A stretch of DNA of 64,000 nt from Kofleriaceae bacterium (lineage in GTDB: Bacteria; Myxococcota_A; Polyangia; Haliangiales; Haliangiaceae), in NCBI GenBank assembly GCA_965215005.1, contig CBDCCZ010000018.1, positions 224,001 to 288,000 of the forward strand, read 5' to 3'. Below are positions 47,130 through 56,011 of this stretch, piece after piece; the stretch's first letter is position 1, and every line of letters starts with the position of its first letter. Below the pieces are notes generated by a model that saw only the letters and a program-made list of their open reading frames with translations, made no database searches and had not been told where the DNA came from. The translations under genes were made by a program, and so were the position numbers.

Positions 47130-48026
47130 CGGCGCGACCGGCGCCAGGTCCGCCGGCATTAGCGCCGCGTGCAGCGCAGTAGCGATGAGCTCGGCCCGCC
47201 CCGGCGAGTGCAGAGTAGCGCGATGAACGACGGCCCAATGCACCGGCGGCAGCGCCAACCCCACCTCGACGGCAACGAAGCCGGCGGCGTCGCCAACGCA
47301 GCGCGGCAGCACCGCCGCTAAGCACCCGAACCGAACCAGCTCCAGTACTGCCGCGCCACTGGCAACACAGATCGTCACCCGCCGCGGAACATCGCTCGGA
47401 AAGCCATCGCAGGGGCGATTGTCGCCGGTCACCGCCACTGCGAAGTCCAGCGCCTCGAGCGCGGCTGCACCACGAGCTGCCGCTGGGTGAGACGGCGCCA
47501 CGAACACCGCGCGCTGATGCGGCGCAAGTGGGGTGAACGTGAGCCCCTCATCGCTGCCGATCACACCTTCTTCGAGCAGCGCCACGTCGACCTCGCCGCG
47601 ATGCAGTGACGCAACCGCCTCTTGCGGCTCGAGCGAGCGAAGCGTCAACGCGAGATCCGGATGCTCTTGCCAAAGCGGAGCCAACGCCGCCAGCAGCCGA
47701 GGCGCCAGCTCACCCGGCGCGACCAGGTTGACGGGCCCGGTCCACGTCATGTTCTTGGCGCGGGCGACGCCATCATCGAGTAGTCGCATCGCCTCGCGAA
47801 CGGAGGCCAGTAGGTCATGACCTCGTTGGTTGAGCTGTAGGCCGCCCGGGTGGCGATCGAACAGCGGATGGCCGATGCGGTCCTCGAGAAGCTTCACTGA
47901 CCGTGACAAGGCGGAGGCAGCAACGTGCAGACGCTTGGAGGCTTCCGCCAAATTTTGCGTCTCCGCAACCGCCCGAAATGGCACCAACCAGCTCCACAGC
48001 CCGTAGAGATTGCGCGCATATTCCAT
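47109..48026 (-). CDS. LysR-family transcriptional regulator
   Basis: FRAVAE...ASKRLHVAASALSRSVKLLEDRIG..LFDR HTH; GEVDVAL; GGAG RBS. Confidence 0.88.
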   Translation of the reverse strand: MEYARNLYGLWSWLVPFRAVAETQNLAEASKRLHVAASALSRSVKLLEDRIGHPLFDRHPGGLQLNQRGHDLLASVREAMRLLDDGVARAKNMTWTGPVNLVAPGELAPRLLAALAPLWQEHPDLALTLRSLEPQEAVASLHRGEVDVALLEEGVIGSDEGLTFTPLAPHQRAVFVAPSHPAAARGAAALEALDFAVAVTGDNRPCDGFPSDVPRRVTICVASGAAVLELVRFGCLAAVLPRCVGDAAGFVAVEVGLALPPVHWAVVHRATLHSPGRAELIATALHAALMPADLAPVAPSLTISR

Positions 48027-48334
48027 AGCGTCTCCGCGACTAGCGGCGACCGTATCACGCGCGGGAAGTGAGCTGCAGCGTTCTGGTCTTCGAGCCCGCT
48101 CCCTCCGCACGTAGGTTGCTCCTCCATTTTCAAAGAACCCGAGTTTGGCAGCCGCCGTTACCGTTCGTAGGTTCGTGACTGCGAGGCCAGAAATTCGGCT
48201 CGAGGGATCTGCCGCCTCGCACCGAAGGTTTCGAACGACGGCTTCGAATAGTTGCTGATCCGTTCGGAGTGCGAGGCAACGTAAGGAGGGTGGGGGCGTT
48301 CTCTCTCTGCGCCCATCACGGAGGAACACACACG

Positions 48335-49756
48335 ATGCAGCACTTTCAAGATTCTCTTCTTTGGCTAGCCGTGGGCGCCGTCGCGCTGACCGGCTGCGAG
48401 ACCATCGTCGTCGATGGCGGCAACGAGCGTCCGTCCAGCGGTGAGCTCGCCGACGACGAGCCGGCGCCACCGCCGCCGATGGGGCCCCTCACCTTTGAGG
48501 AGCTCAAAGAGCTGCTCAGCGCGGAGAAGCCGCAGGTCATGGCGATGGCGCTCGAATTGCTCGAGAGCCGCTACGACCTGCGCAATGACCCGAGCCAGGT
48601 AACGATGACCCGCGGCAAGCCGGTCCAGAGCGGCATCCGCGTGCTCCCGCCCGCGGGGTATACGTGGGCCCAGCTAGGCGCTCTCAGCCCCGCCGAGATC
48701 CATCAGCAGGATCTATTTCCGCGCGGCTTCATGCCGCTACCGCACATCAAGCATGCCGAAGGCGGAATGGTCTTTCCGCATTTCCATATCGACGAGGTGC
48801 TGTCACAGACCGGTCGCGACCTCGAGCGGTTCGATCTCGACTTCGACATCCCGGACCATTTGCTGCCCGAGTTCCCACCCGCGATCTTCCTGACCACGCG
48901 TCCGGATCTCGGTGACGTGTCGCAGGGCGAGGTCGTCACCACCCATAACTACTACCGCCTGTTCAAAGACATCCTCAACACCAAGCAGCTCGATGGCTTG
49001 CGCCTTTTGGTGTCGCCGTTCGCGCAGCAGCAGTTCAACCTTATCGATGATCGCCGCTCGTGCGAGCCGAGCCTAGGCGTCTCGTGCCTCGACTGCCACG
49101 TCAACGGTCACACCAACGCCGCCACGCACTTGGTGGGTGACATTCGCCCGCAGGAATTCCGCAACCGCATCGACACCCCAACGCTGCGCGGCGTCAACAT
49201 TCAGCGCAGCTTTGGCTCGCAACGCGCGCTCACCTCAGTGGAAGACTTCACCGAGTTCGAGCAGCGTGCCGCGTACTTTGATGGCGATCTCGTGACTGCG
49301 GCGCTCAAGGGCGTCAACCCGCTCGAGCGCGCCAGCCAAGTTCACCACATGTCTGAGATGCAGAAGCTCTTCGACTTCCCACCCGCGCCCAAGCTCGACG
49401 TGTTCGGCCGGCTCAATGACTTGGCCACCGCCACCGAGCTCCGTGGCGAGAAGCTGTTCTTTGGCAAAGCGCAATGCAGCAGCTGCCATACCGGTTCCTA
49501 CTTCACCGACAACTCCATGCACGATCTCGGCCTCGAACGCTTCTTCGAGCCGCGGATGATCAACGGCATGCTCGCCGACGGCGACGGCCCCATTAAGACG
49601 TTCCCGCTGCGCGGCATCAAAGATTCGCCGCCTTACCTGCACGACGGCCGACTGCTCACCCTCGAAGACACCATCGAGTTCTTCAACTTGGTCCTCGAGC
49701 TGCGCCTCACCAGCCGCGAGAAGGCCGATTTGCTGGCCTACCTGCTCGTTCTCTGA
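48335..49756 (+). CDS. Di-heme c-type cytochrome lipoprotein (CcP/MauG-like superfamily)
   Basis: GGAGG RBS, lipobox LTGC, CLDCH and CSSCH, DTPTLRG, PPYLHDGR..TLED. Confidence 0.85.
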   Translation: MQHFQDSLLWLAVGAVALTGCETIVVDGGNERPSSGELADDEPAPPPPMGPLTFEELKELLSAEKPQVMAMALELLESRYDLRNDPSQVTMTRGKPVQSGIRVLPPAGYTWAQLGALSPAEIHQQDLFPRGFMPLPHIKHAEGGMVFPHFHIDEVLSQTGRDLERFDLDFDIPDHLLPEFPPAIFLTTRPDLGDVSQGEVVTTHNYYRLFKDILNTKQLDGLRLLVSPFAQQQFNLIDDRRSCEPSLGVSCLDCHVNGHTNAATHLVGDIRPQEFRNRIDTPTLRGVNIQRSFGSQRALTSVEDFTEFEQRAAYFDGDLVTAALKGVNPLERASQVHHMSEMQKLFDFPPAPKLDVFGRLNDLATATELRGEKLFFGKAQCSSCHTGSYFTDNSMHDLGLERFFEPRMINGMLADGDGPIKTFPLRGIKDSPPYLHDGRLLTLEDTIEFFNLVLELRLTSREKADLLAYLLVL

Positions 49757-49833
49757 TCCCACGCGTGAGACTGCCCGCGGCACAAGCCCGCGGGCAGCTC
49801 CATCCGCATCCGTTCTCAGAGCAGCCGTCGCGA

Positions 49834-51381
49834 TCAATTCCTCTTTCGAGTGAGCTCAGAGCTCTGGAATATCGCCGTCGGCGCGCCATCATCATCGTAG
49901 CCAACCAATCGCAGCTCGACTGCCGCGGTGTCTCCGCGGTCGATGACATCGACGATGCCCACGTTCAGCCCCCCGTACGGGTTCTTGTCGTGACCGGCCA
50001 CGCCGGGCAGCATCGATACCGCCGCTGTCGGGCCGTTCTCGATCTTGAGCTCGCTCACGCTCGCCGCGACCCTCTCGGTCAAGTAGTCGAGCACAGCGCT
50101 TTCGTGATTGGAAACCGCGCTCGAGATCAGCTGGTACATCGTCGGCCCGCCCTCGAAGTCCACGCGGTACGCGCCGCCACTGTGAACATCGCCGCCAAGC
50201 AAGAGGATGTTTTGGTGCGGGCAGCGCTGTCCGTGCTCGATCAACACCCGCAGCAAACGGTCGCGAGATTGCACGCACTGGGGGTGCCCCCAGCGCTCAT
50301 GCAGATCGCTGCCTTGGGAGAGCAGGCTCGCGGCAGCCGTTAGAACCATGCCATCTAGATAGATCAGCGGGATGCTGGTCATGAGCACCAAGAGCTTGGC
50401 CTCGGCGTTGGCCGCAAGGAAGGTGCGGAAGTGCTCGAGCTGCGTGCGCGAGTACACGTGGGTAGTGCCGTCGGTCGTCCGCCGCTGCGAGCGCACGTCC
50501 ATGACGTAAATCGCCGCCTGTGCCCAGCGAAAGCCGTAATCGAGCTCGGAGGGGCGCTTTCCGGCGGCCGAGAGCCGCGTGACGCGACTGCCTTGATAGT
50601 CAAAGTACGCCTCGAGCGCGCCCTCCCGCAGCCGCTCCCAGCGGGGGCTGTCGTGGTCGGGATGGGTGCCGAAGTTATCAACCACCTCGTGGTCGTCGAG
50701 CATCGGATAGCACGCAAAGGAGCTCTGCACTCTTTGAAATGGCGTTAGTCCCCAAAACTGCCGATGGCGTCGCTGATACAGTGCCCGCACCTCCTCCACG
50801 GTGCAGTCGAGGATCGATTGCCGACCGGGAGGAGCAATCGTTGCGAAATAGTCATCGACGAAGAGCGAGCACTTCGGCGGGTAGTCCGCATACATTTGGT
50901 CGCCCATCAGAAGCAGAAACTGCGCCTGCGCGTCATCCAGCGCTCGATGCGCCGCAGACAGCATGCTCACGCCGAAATCGCGAACGCTCGAGTCGCGATT
51001 GGAGAACGGCTGATGGCACGAAAACGCTCCGAAGCTCCAGCGCGGAGGCATCGGCGCATCGCCTGCCGGTGCGGTGCGGAAGCGCGCTTCGGCGAAACTG
51101 CGTTTGCTGTCGCCATCGAGGAGCGTGACCAGGTAGGCGCGCTCCGGCGCCAGCGGCGGGCTGGCGCCAAAATCATCAGGATACGTCCACGCGCTGGTTC
51201 CGTCGGCCGCGGCATCCTCGACCGCAATCGCGACCTCGGCGTGCTGCATTCCATCGTCGCTCTCGATCGCGAGTCGGTAGCTACCGAGCCGCTCGACCCG
51301 CACCCAGATGCGTGCCGAACGAGACGTTACGCATCCCACCGCGATGGTGGTTCCGAGCTCGAGCTCTCCAAACTGCGTCAT
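49834..51381 (-). CDS. PhoD-like alkaline phosphatase
   Basis: FSCHQ, MGDQMYAD, LDDHEVVDN, DVRSQR, GGDVH. Confidence 0.85.
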   Translation of the reverse strand: MTQFGELELGTTIAVGCVTSRSARIWVRVERLGSYRLAIESDDGMQHAEVAIAVEDAAADGTSAWTYPDDFGASPPLAPERAYLVTLLDGDSKRSFAEARFRTAPAGDAPMPPRWSFGAFSCHQPFSNRDSSVRDFGVSMLSAAHRALDDAQAQFLLLMGDQMYADYPPKCSLFVDDYFATIAPPGRQSILDCTVEEVRALYQRRHRQFWGLTPFQRVQSSFACYPMLDDHEVVDNFGTHPDHDSPRWERLREGALEAYFDYQGSRVTRLSAAGKRPSELDYGFRWAQAAIYVMDVRSQRRTTDGTTHVYSRTQLEHFRTFLAANAEAKLLVLMTSIPLIYLDGMVLTAAASLLSQGSDLHERWGHPQCVQSRDRLLRVLIEHGQRCPHQNILLLGGDVHSGGAYRVDFEGGPTMYQLISSAVSNHESAVLDYLTERVAASVSELKIENGPTAAVSMLPGVAGHDKNPYGGLNVGIVDVIDRGDTAAVELRLVGYDDDGAPTAIFQSSELTRKRN

Positions 51382-51383
51382 CG

Positions 51384-51959
51384 TTACTCCGCCGGCGATG
51401 CGAGCGCCGCACAATCAATCTCGGTCACTGACACGGTATCAGCGTCGCACGCCTCAGCTAGGAGTGCGAGGCTGCGCTGCTGTCGGCCTTCGGAGATGCA
51501 CGCGCAGGCATCGCGGGGCACCCAGAGCTCGAAATTGCGCACTCGCGCATCGCTGGCAGTCGCTAGCACACACATATCGGTGGTAATGCCAGAGAGGATC
51601 AAGCGCTCGGTGCCGAGCAACGTCAAGAGTTGGTCGAGCGGAGTTTGATAAAATCCGCTGCGATGCGGCTTGAGGATGAAGAAATCGCGCTCACGCGGCC
51701 GTAGCTGCCTCACGATATCGGCGCCTTTGGACTCAAGACACTGCTCGACCGTCTCTCGAAAGCTCGACCGCCAGCGGCCAAAGTTATCGTTGACGTAGAT
51801 GACCGGCACCTCCGCTTCATCGGCGCGCTCGCGCAAGGCCAAGACGTTCTCAACAATGGCCTTGGTGTTGGCCAGAAGCTCCTCGGCGCCGGGGTAGGCG
51901 AAATAATTGATAAAGTCGATGAGAAGGAGAGCCGCAGGGCAGCGCTGGCCATCGTTCAT
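51384..51959 (-). CDS. Isochorismatase-family cysteine hydrolase
   Basis: LLLIDFIN, KPHRSGF, GITTDMCV. Confidence 0.9.
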   Translation of the reverse strand: MNDGQRCPAALLLIDFINYFAYPGAEELLANTKAIVENVLALRERADEAEVPVIYVNDNFGRWRSSFRETVEQCLESKGADIVRQLRPRERDFFILKPHRSGFYQTPLDQLLTLLGTERLILSGITTDMCVLATASDARVRNFELWVPRDACACISEGRQQRSLALLAEACDADTVSVTEIDCAALASPAE

Positions 51960-52023
51960 GTCGGAGAGGGTAGCGCGGTTGACGCCTCGCTGCCGCGGCG
52001 TCGGGATCCGCTACAGTAAAGAC

Positions 52024-52893
52024 GTGCGTGCGCGAATCGAGCTTCCGATCGTCGCGTTGTTAGCGCTGAGCGTCGTGGCCAGCAAGCCAACACGAGCTGA
52101 CAGCCGCAGCGCGCAAAGCGAGATTTGGAGCGGGTTTACGCGCCCGCACGCGGGTCCCGCGCAGGCCATTGGCTCGTACGGCAACGGGTGCTTGCAAGGC
52201 GCCGCTCGCGTCCCGCGCCGCGGGAAAGGCTTTCGCGTGGTGCGGCCATGGCGCAACCGGCATTGGGCGCATCCGCAGACCATTGCGTTGCTTCGCGATC
52301 TGGGTCGCCGACTCGCGCGCCGCGGGTTGGGCGCAATGCTCATCGCCGACGTCGCGCAACCGCGAGGCGGTCCCGCGCCCAGCGGACACGCCAGCCATCA
52401 AACCGGTCTGGATGCCGACATCTGGTTCGCCACGCCGGCGCAAGCGCGACGCGCCGGCTCGCGGCGGCTCCTGCAACCGGTCTCCTTGATCGACGGCACG
52501 CGCAAGACCACCAGCAAGCACTGGCGACGACGCACCGAGCTGCTGCTGCGTTGGGCGGCCGAGGATGCGCGCGTCTCACGTATTTTCGTTCACCCGCTGA
52601 TCAAGCAGCGGCTGTGCCACAAGACCCGCGGCGACCGCACCTGGCTGCGCAAGATTCGTCCTTGGTGGGGACATCACGAGCACTTCCACGTGCGTCTGGT
52701 GTGTCCTGCCAGGAGCACCGACTGCACGCCACAGGCGGACATCCGCGATGGCGATGGCTGCGACAAGCTGCAGTGGTGGCTTGCCGAGCGCGCCAAGCGC
52801 GACCGCACGAGCGGCCAAGCGAGCTACCAAACGCGGATTCGTGCCCGGCCGCCGATGCCCACCGGTTGCGCCACCGTGCAAACGAAGCAGTAG
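52024..52893 (+). CDS. mepA: Penicillin-insensitive murein endopeptidase
   Basis: IGSYGNGCL, PRGGP..SGHASHQTGLDADIW, RPWWGHHEHFHVRL.CP. Confidence 0.9.
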   Translation: MRARIELPIVALLALSVVASKPTRADSRSAQSEIWSGFTRPHAGPAQAIGSYGNGCLQGAARVPRRGKGFRVVRPWRNRHWAHPQTIALLRDLGRRLARRGLGAMLIADVAQPRGGPAPSGHASHQTGLDADIWFATPAQARRAGSRRLLQPVSLIDGTRKTTSKHWRRRTELLLRWAAEDARVSRIFVHPLIKQRLCHKTRGDRTWLRKIRPWWGHHEHFHVRLVCPARSTDCTPQADIRDGDGCDKLQWWLAERAKRDRTSGQASYQTRIRARPPMPTGCATVQTKQ

Positions 52894-52900
52894 CGGCGCA

Positions 52901-54295
52901 TCACGCGAGATGCTCGGCGGCGCGCCGCAGGTCGGCGGCCAACTCGCGGAGCCGCCGCGGATCATCGCCGGCGCGGAGGATCGCTGCCGGGTGCCAGGTG
53001 ACAGTGACGCTGGTTTGTCGCGGGCCGGGATAGAGCAAGCCACGACCGCCGCTCACCGAGATGCGGCGCCCAAGCAACGACAACGCGGCGCTCTGTCCCA
53101 GCGCCACGACCGCCTGCGGTCGCACCAGCTCGAGCTCGAGCTCGAGCCACGGCCGACAACGCTCAATCTCGCCGGCGTCGGGCCGTTGATGCAAACGACG
53201 CTTGCCGCGCTGGCTAAACTTGAAGTGCTTCACCGCATTGGTGACGTAGATGGCGGATCTGTCGATGCCTGCGGCGGCCAGCGCGGTATCGAGAACTCGC
53301 CCCGAAGGACCGACGAACGGCCGACCGGCCAAATCTTCTTCATCGCCCGGTTGCTCGCCTACCAGCATTAGCGCCGCCGGCGCTGAGCCCTCACCAAACA
53401 CGGTTTGATTGGCGGGCGCGAACAACTCGCAGCCACGGCAGCTTGCGGCGCATTGCTGGGCTAGAGGCAGACTCGACTGCGCAGGCAGAAAGTCGCGCGC
53501 GCTGGGCTGGCCGCTCAACATCATGGTGGTGCGCTCTTGCGCCTGTTGTACCAGCTTCGGAATCAGCGGCGCCTCGGGCAGCGTCGACCAATGCTTCTTG
53601 GGCATCTCCGTGCGCATGGCGGTCAGGTTGAGCCGCGCCGGGTTGAATGTGGCCGCGTAGTAGGTTCGCCACAACGCATCCAGCTCATCGCCCGCGGGGG
53701 CTCGCGAACGCGGCGCTCCGGGGCCGAATCGCAATTGTTGACCATCCCACGCCACCGATTCGTCCGGGGTCATCAGCATCCAGCGCATGGCGGCAAAGCG
53801 CTCCGCGAAAAACGGCGCGACCAGCGGCAACACGCGGTGCTCCGCGCGATGCCACGCCACCCATCGCTCCCCAACATCATCTTCTAGGCGGCAAAATCGC
53901 ACGAACGCTTTGGTCTTATGGGCGTCGCGGCGAACCGCGTCGGCAAGCGCACGCGCGGTCGCGACGTCGCGATCGGCGGCATCCTCGAGGAGCTCGGGGC
54001 TCACGCGGCACAGCCGCCAGAGCAGCCGGTACAGAAGCTGCCAACGAGATGGATCGCGATGCTGAGCGACGAGCCGCGCCATCGCCAGAAATCGCCGCGG
54101 AACCCGCGCATCGCGTGTTGCGCCAGCACTGCACGCATTGGCCCGCAGCGCGGTCGGCGCGGCACTAGCAAAGAGGTCGGCTTGCGCGGCGCTCGGGTCA
54201 CACAGCTGGAGCATCTGGGGCGCTTCGCCCGCCGCTAGCAGAGAGCGCGCGCGCTTCCTCCAATCGGCATAATTTTCGACCTCGATGCGCCTCAA
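52901..54295 (-). CDS. DUF4130 (TIGR03915-like) domain fused to UdgX-family uracil-DNA glycosylase
   Basis: RDAHKTKAFVRF, LWRTYY..FNPAR, EMPKKHW; CRGC, GEQPGD, NAVKHFK, KRRLH, WHP. Confidence 0.9.
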   Translation of the reverse strand: MRRIEVENYADWRKRARSLLAAGEAPQMLQLCDPSAAQADLFASAAPTALRANACSAGATRDARVPRRFLAMARLVAQHRDPSRWQLLYRLLWRLCRVSPELLEDAADRDVATARALADAVRRDAHKTKAFVRFCRLEDDVGERWVAWHRAEHRVLPLVAPFFAERFAAMRWMLMTPDESVAWDGQQLRFGPGAPRSRAPAGDELDALWRTYYAATFNPARLNLTAMRTEMPKKHWSTLPEAPLIPKLVQQAQERTTMMLSGQPSARDFLPAQSSLPLAQQCAASCRGCELFAPANQTVFGEGSAPAALMLVGEQPGDEEDLAGRPFVGPSGRVLDTALAAAGIDRSAIYVTNAVKHFKFSQRGKRRLHQRPDAGEIERCRPWLELELELVRPQAVVALGQSAALSLLGRRISVSGGRGLLYPGPRQTSVTVTWHPAAILRAGDDPRRLRELAADLRRAAEHLA

Positions 54296-55545
54296 AGCTG
54301 CCCATCCCGCGCGCTTGCGCCCGCTTCAAACAGCTCGAGCTGCCGTGCCTTAGGCCGCAGCCGCGCTGCGAGCTTGGCGCTCTCGAGCTCGCCGGCGCCG
54401 GGGCCGTGACCGACACAGACGATGAACGGCAGCGCGCGCTTTACCGCCAACCGAAGCCGCCGCAAATCTTCGAGTCGGATGGCGCGCTGCCGGCGAATCG
54501 CCAGCAGCCGCGTCACGCTGCGCGCGCCGATGCCGGGAATGCGCAGCAGCATCTCGCGGTCGGCGCGATTGAGGTCGAGCGGGAACACGTGGCGGTGGCG
54601 CAGCGCCCACGCCAGCTTCGGATCCATCTCGAGCGATAGGTTGGGAGATTCGTCGGTGGTGAGCTCTTCGGCCGTAAAGCCATAGAAGCGCATCAGCCAA
54701 TCGGCTTGATACAGACGATGCTCACGAACCAGCGGCGCGGGCTTGCTCGGCAACAGCGGGCTCGCCGAGGGGATCGGACTGAATGCGCTGTAATAGACTC
54801 GCCGCAGCGCGTGCTCGGCGTACAGCGCCGACGAGCGGTGCAACAGGCTTCGGTCAGGGCTGGGGGTCGCGCCGACGATCATCTGGGTGGATTGACCTGC
54901 CGGCGCAAACGCCGGCGCCGCCGTTCCACGTAGGGAGCGATCGTTACTCGCGCGACAGCGACGATGTATTTCGCCCATGGTGGAGTCGACCGCAGCCATG
55001 GTCTTGGCGGGCGCCAACCGTTGCAGATCGGCATCGCTCGGCAGCTCGACGTTGGCGCTGAGGCGATCGGCGTGAACGCCGGCGGCGGCCACGGCTTCCG
55101 CAGAGGCGCCTGGAACCGCTTTGAGATGGATATAGCCGCCAAAGCCCTCCTCCACCCGCAGCCGGCGCGCCACCTCAGTGAGCTCGGCCATGGTGTCATC
55201 GGGGCTTCGCACGATGCCGGAGCTGAGAAACAAGCCTTCGATGTAGTTGCGGCGATAGAAGTCCATCGTGAGCCGAACCAGCTCGGCCACCGAGAACGCC
55301 GCGCGCGGCACCGACGACGAAACCCGGTTCACGCAGTAGCGGCAATCGTAGATGCAGGCGTTGGTGAAGAGCACCTTGAGCAGCGAGACACATCGGCCAT
55401 CGGGGGTGTAGCTATGGCAAATACCCATGCCTTGGGTGCTGCCGAGCCCGGTTTTCGTGCCCGCACGGCGCGAGCCGCTAGAGGCGCACGAAGCATCGTA
55501 TTTGGCCGCGTCGGCCAGCACTCGCAGCTTCTCCGACAGTTGCAC
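54292..55545 (-). CDS. Putative DNA modification/repair radical SAM protein (TIGR03916-like)
   Basis: AKYDASC, CIYDCRYC (CX3CX2C), GQSTQMIVGA, REHRLYQADWL, HhH LLRIPGIG; GTG 55545 preferred over 55560. Confidence 0.92.
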   Translation of the reverse strand: MQLSEKLRVLADAAKYDASCASSGSRRAGTKTGLGSTQGMGICHSYTPDGRCVSLLKVLFTNACIYDCRYCVNRVSSSVPRAAFSVAELVRLTMDFYRRNYIEGLFLSSGIVRSPDDTMAELTEVARRLRVEEGFGGYIHLKAVPGASAEAVAAAGVHADRLSANVELPSDADLQRLAPAKTMAAVDSTMGEIHRRCRASNDRSLRGTAAPAFAPAGQSTQMIVGATPSPDRSLLHRSSALYAEHALRRVYYSAFSPIPSASPLLPSKPAPLVREHRLYQADWLMRFYGFTAEELTTDESPNLSLEMDPKLAWALRHRHVFPLDLNRADREMLLRIPGIGARSVTRLLAIRRQRAIRLEDLRRLRLAVKRALPFIVCVGHGPGAGELESAKLAARLRPKARQLELFEAGASARDGQL

Positions 55546-55552
55546 CAGCTCA

Positions 55553-55568
55553 CTGTACACAGTTTCAG
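55553..55568. promoter_or_regulatory. Putative LexA (SOS) box overlapping the -10 hexamer of the radical SAM/UdgX operon
   Basis: CTGTACACAGTTTCAG = CTG-N10-CAG; overlaps TACAGT (minus strand, 55552-55557). Confidence 0.55.
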
Positions 55569-55610
55569 GTACCGAGCAACGAGCTGCGAGAATCGCTGAG
55601 AGGCGGCCGT

Positions 55611-55898
55611 TCAGCTATCGACGCGCATCCGCGCCGGCCAATACACCACGTGACCGGCGCGCACGATGGTGTCGAGAAAGTGGATGAGCTCCATCGCCTT
55701 GTTGGGCTCCTCGAAGAACTCCACGACCACAGGACCCGTGGTCGCCGAGTCCGATGGACCTACGCCGCGTTCGCCGCGAAAGGTGGTGAGGCCAGAGACT
55801 TTGCCCCAACCAAGGAGTCGCTCTTCGAGCTTCGCGGCTCTGGCGTCGTCTTCGGACATGTACACACGCACCACCATCACATCAATCGAACGGGGCAT
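55611..55898 (-). CDS. DUF190 / PII-like small protein
   Basis: VRVYMSE, G.SGLTTFRG..G.G, PVVVEFFE. Confidence 0.75.
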   Translation of the reverse strand: MPRSIDVMVVRVYMSEDDARAAKLEERLLGWGKVSGLTTFRGERGVGPSDSATTGPVVVEFFEEPNKAMELIHFLDTIVRAGHVVYWPARMRVDS

Positions 55899-56011
55899 TG
55901 CGCCCATCCTAGTTCAGAAGCCGGGTCCGTGGGTCGCTGCGTGCGCTGGCTGCTTGCGAGTTGCCGGGCCCGCGCTTGCTCGGGTGCGCATGCTGAGCAA
56001 TCATCGCGCCG

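Noticed and set aside
53126..53146. GAGCTC/CTCGAG runs here and throughout the window
   Set aside because: Explained by Glu-Leu codon pairs (ELELEL); not a repeat element
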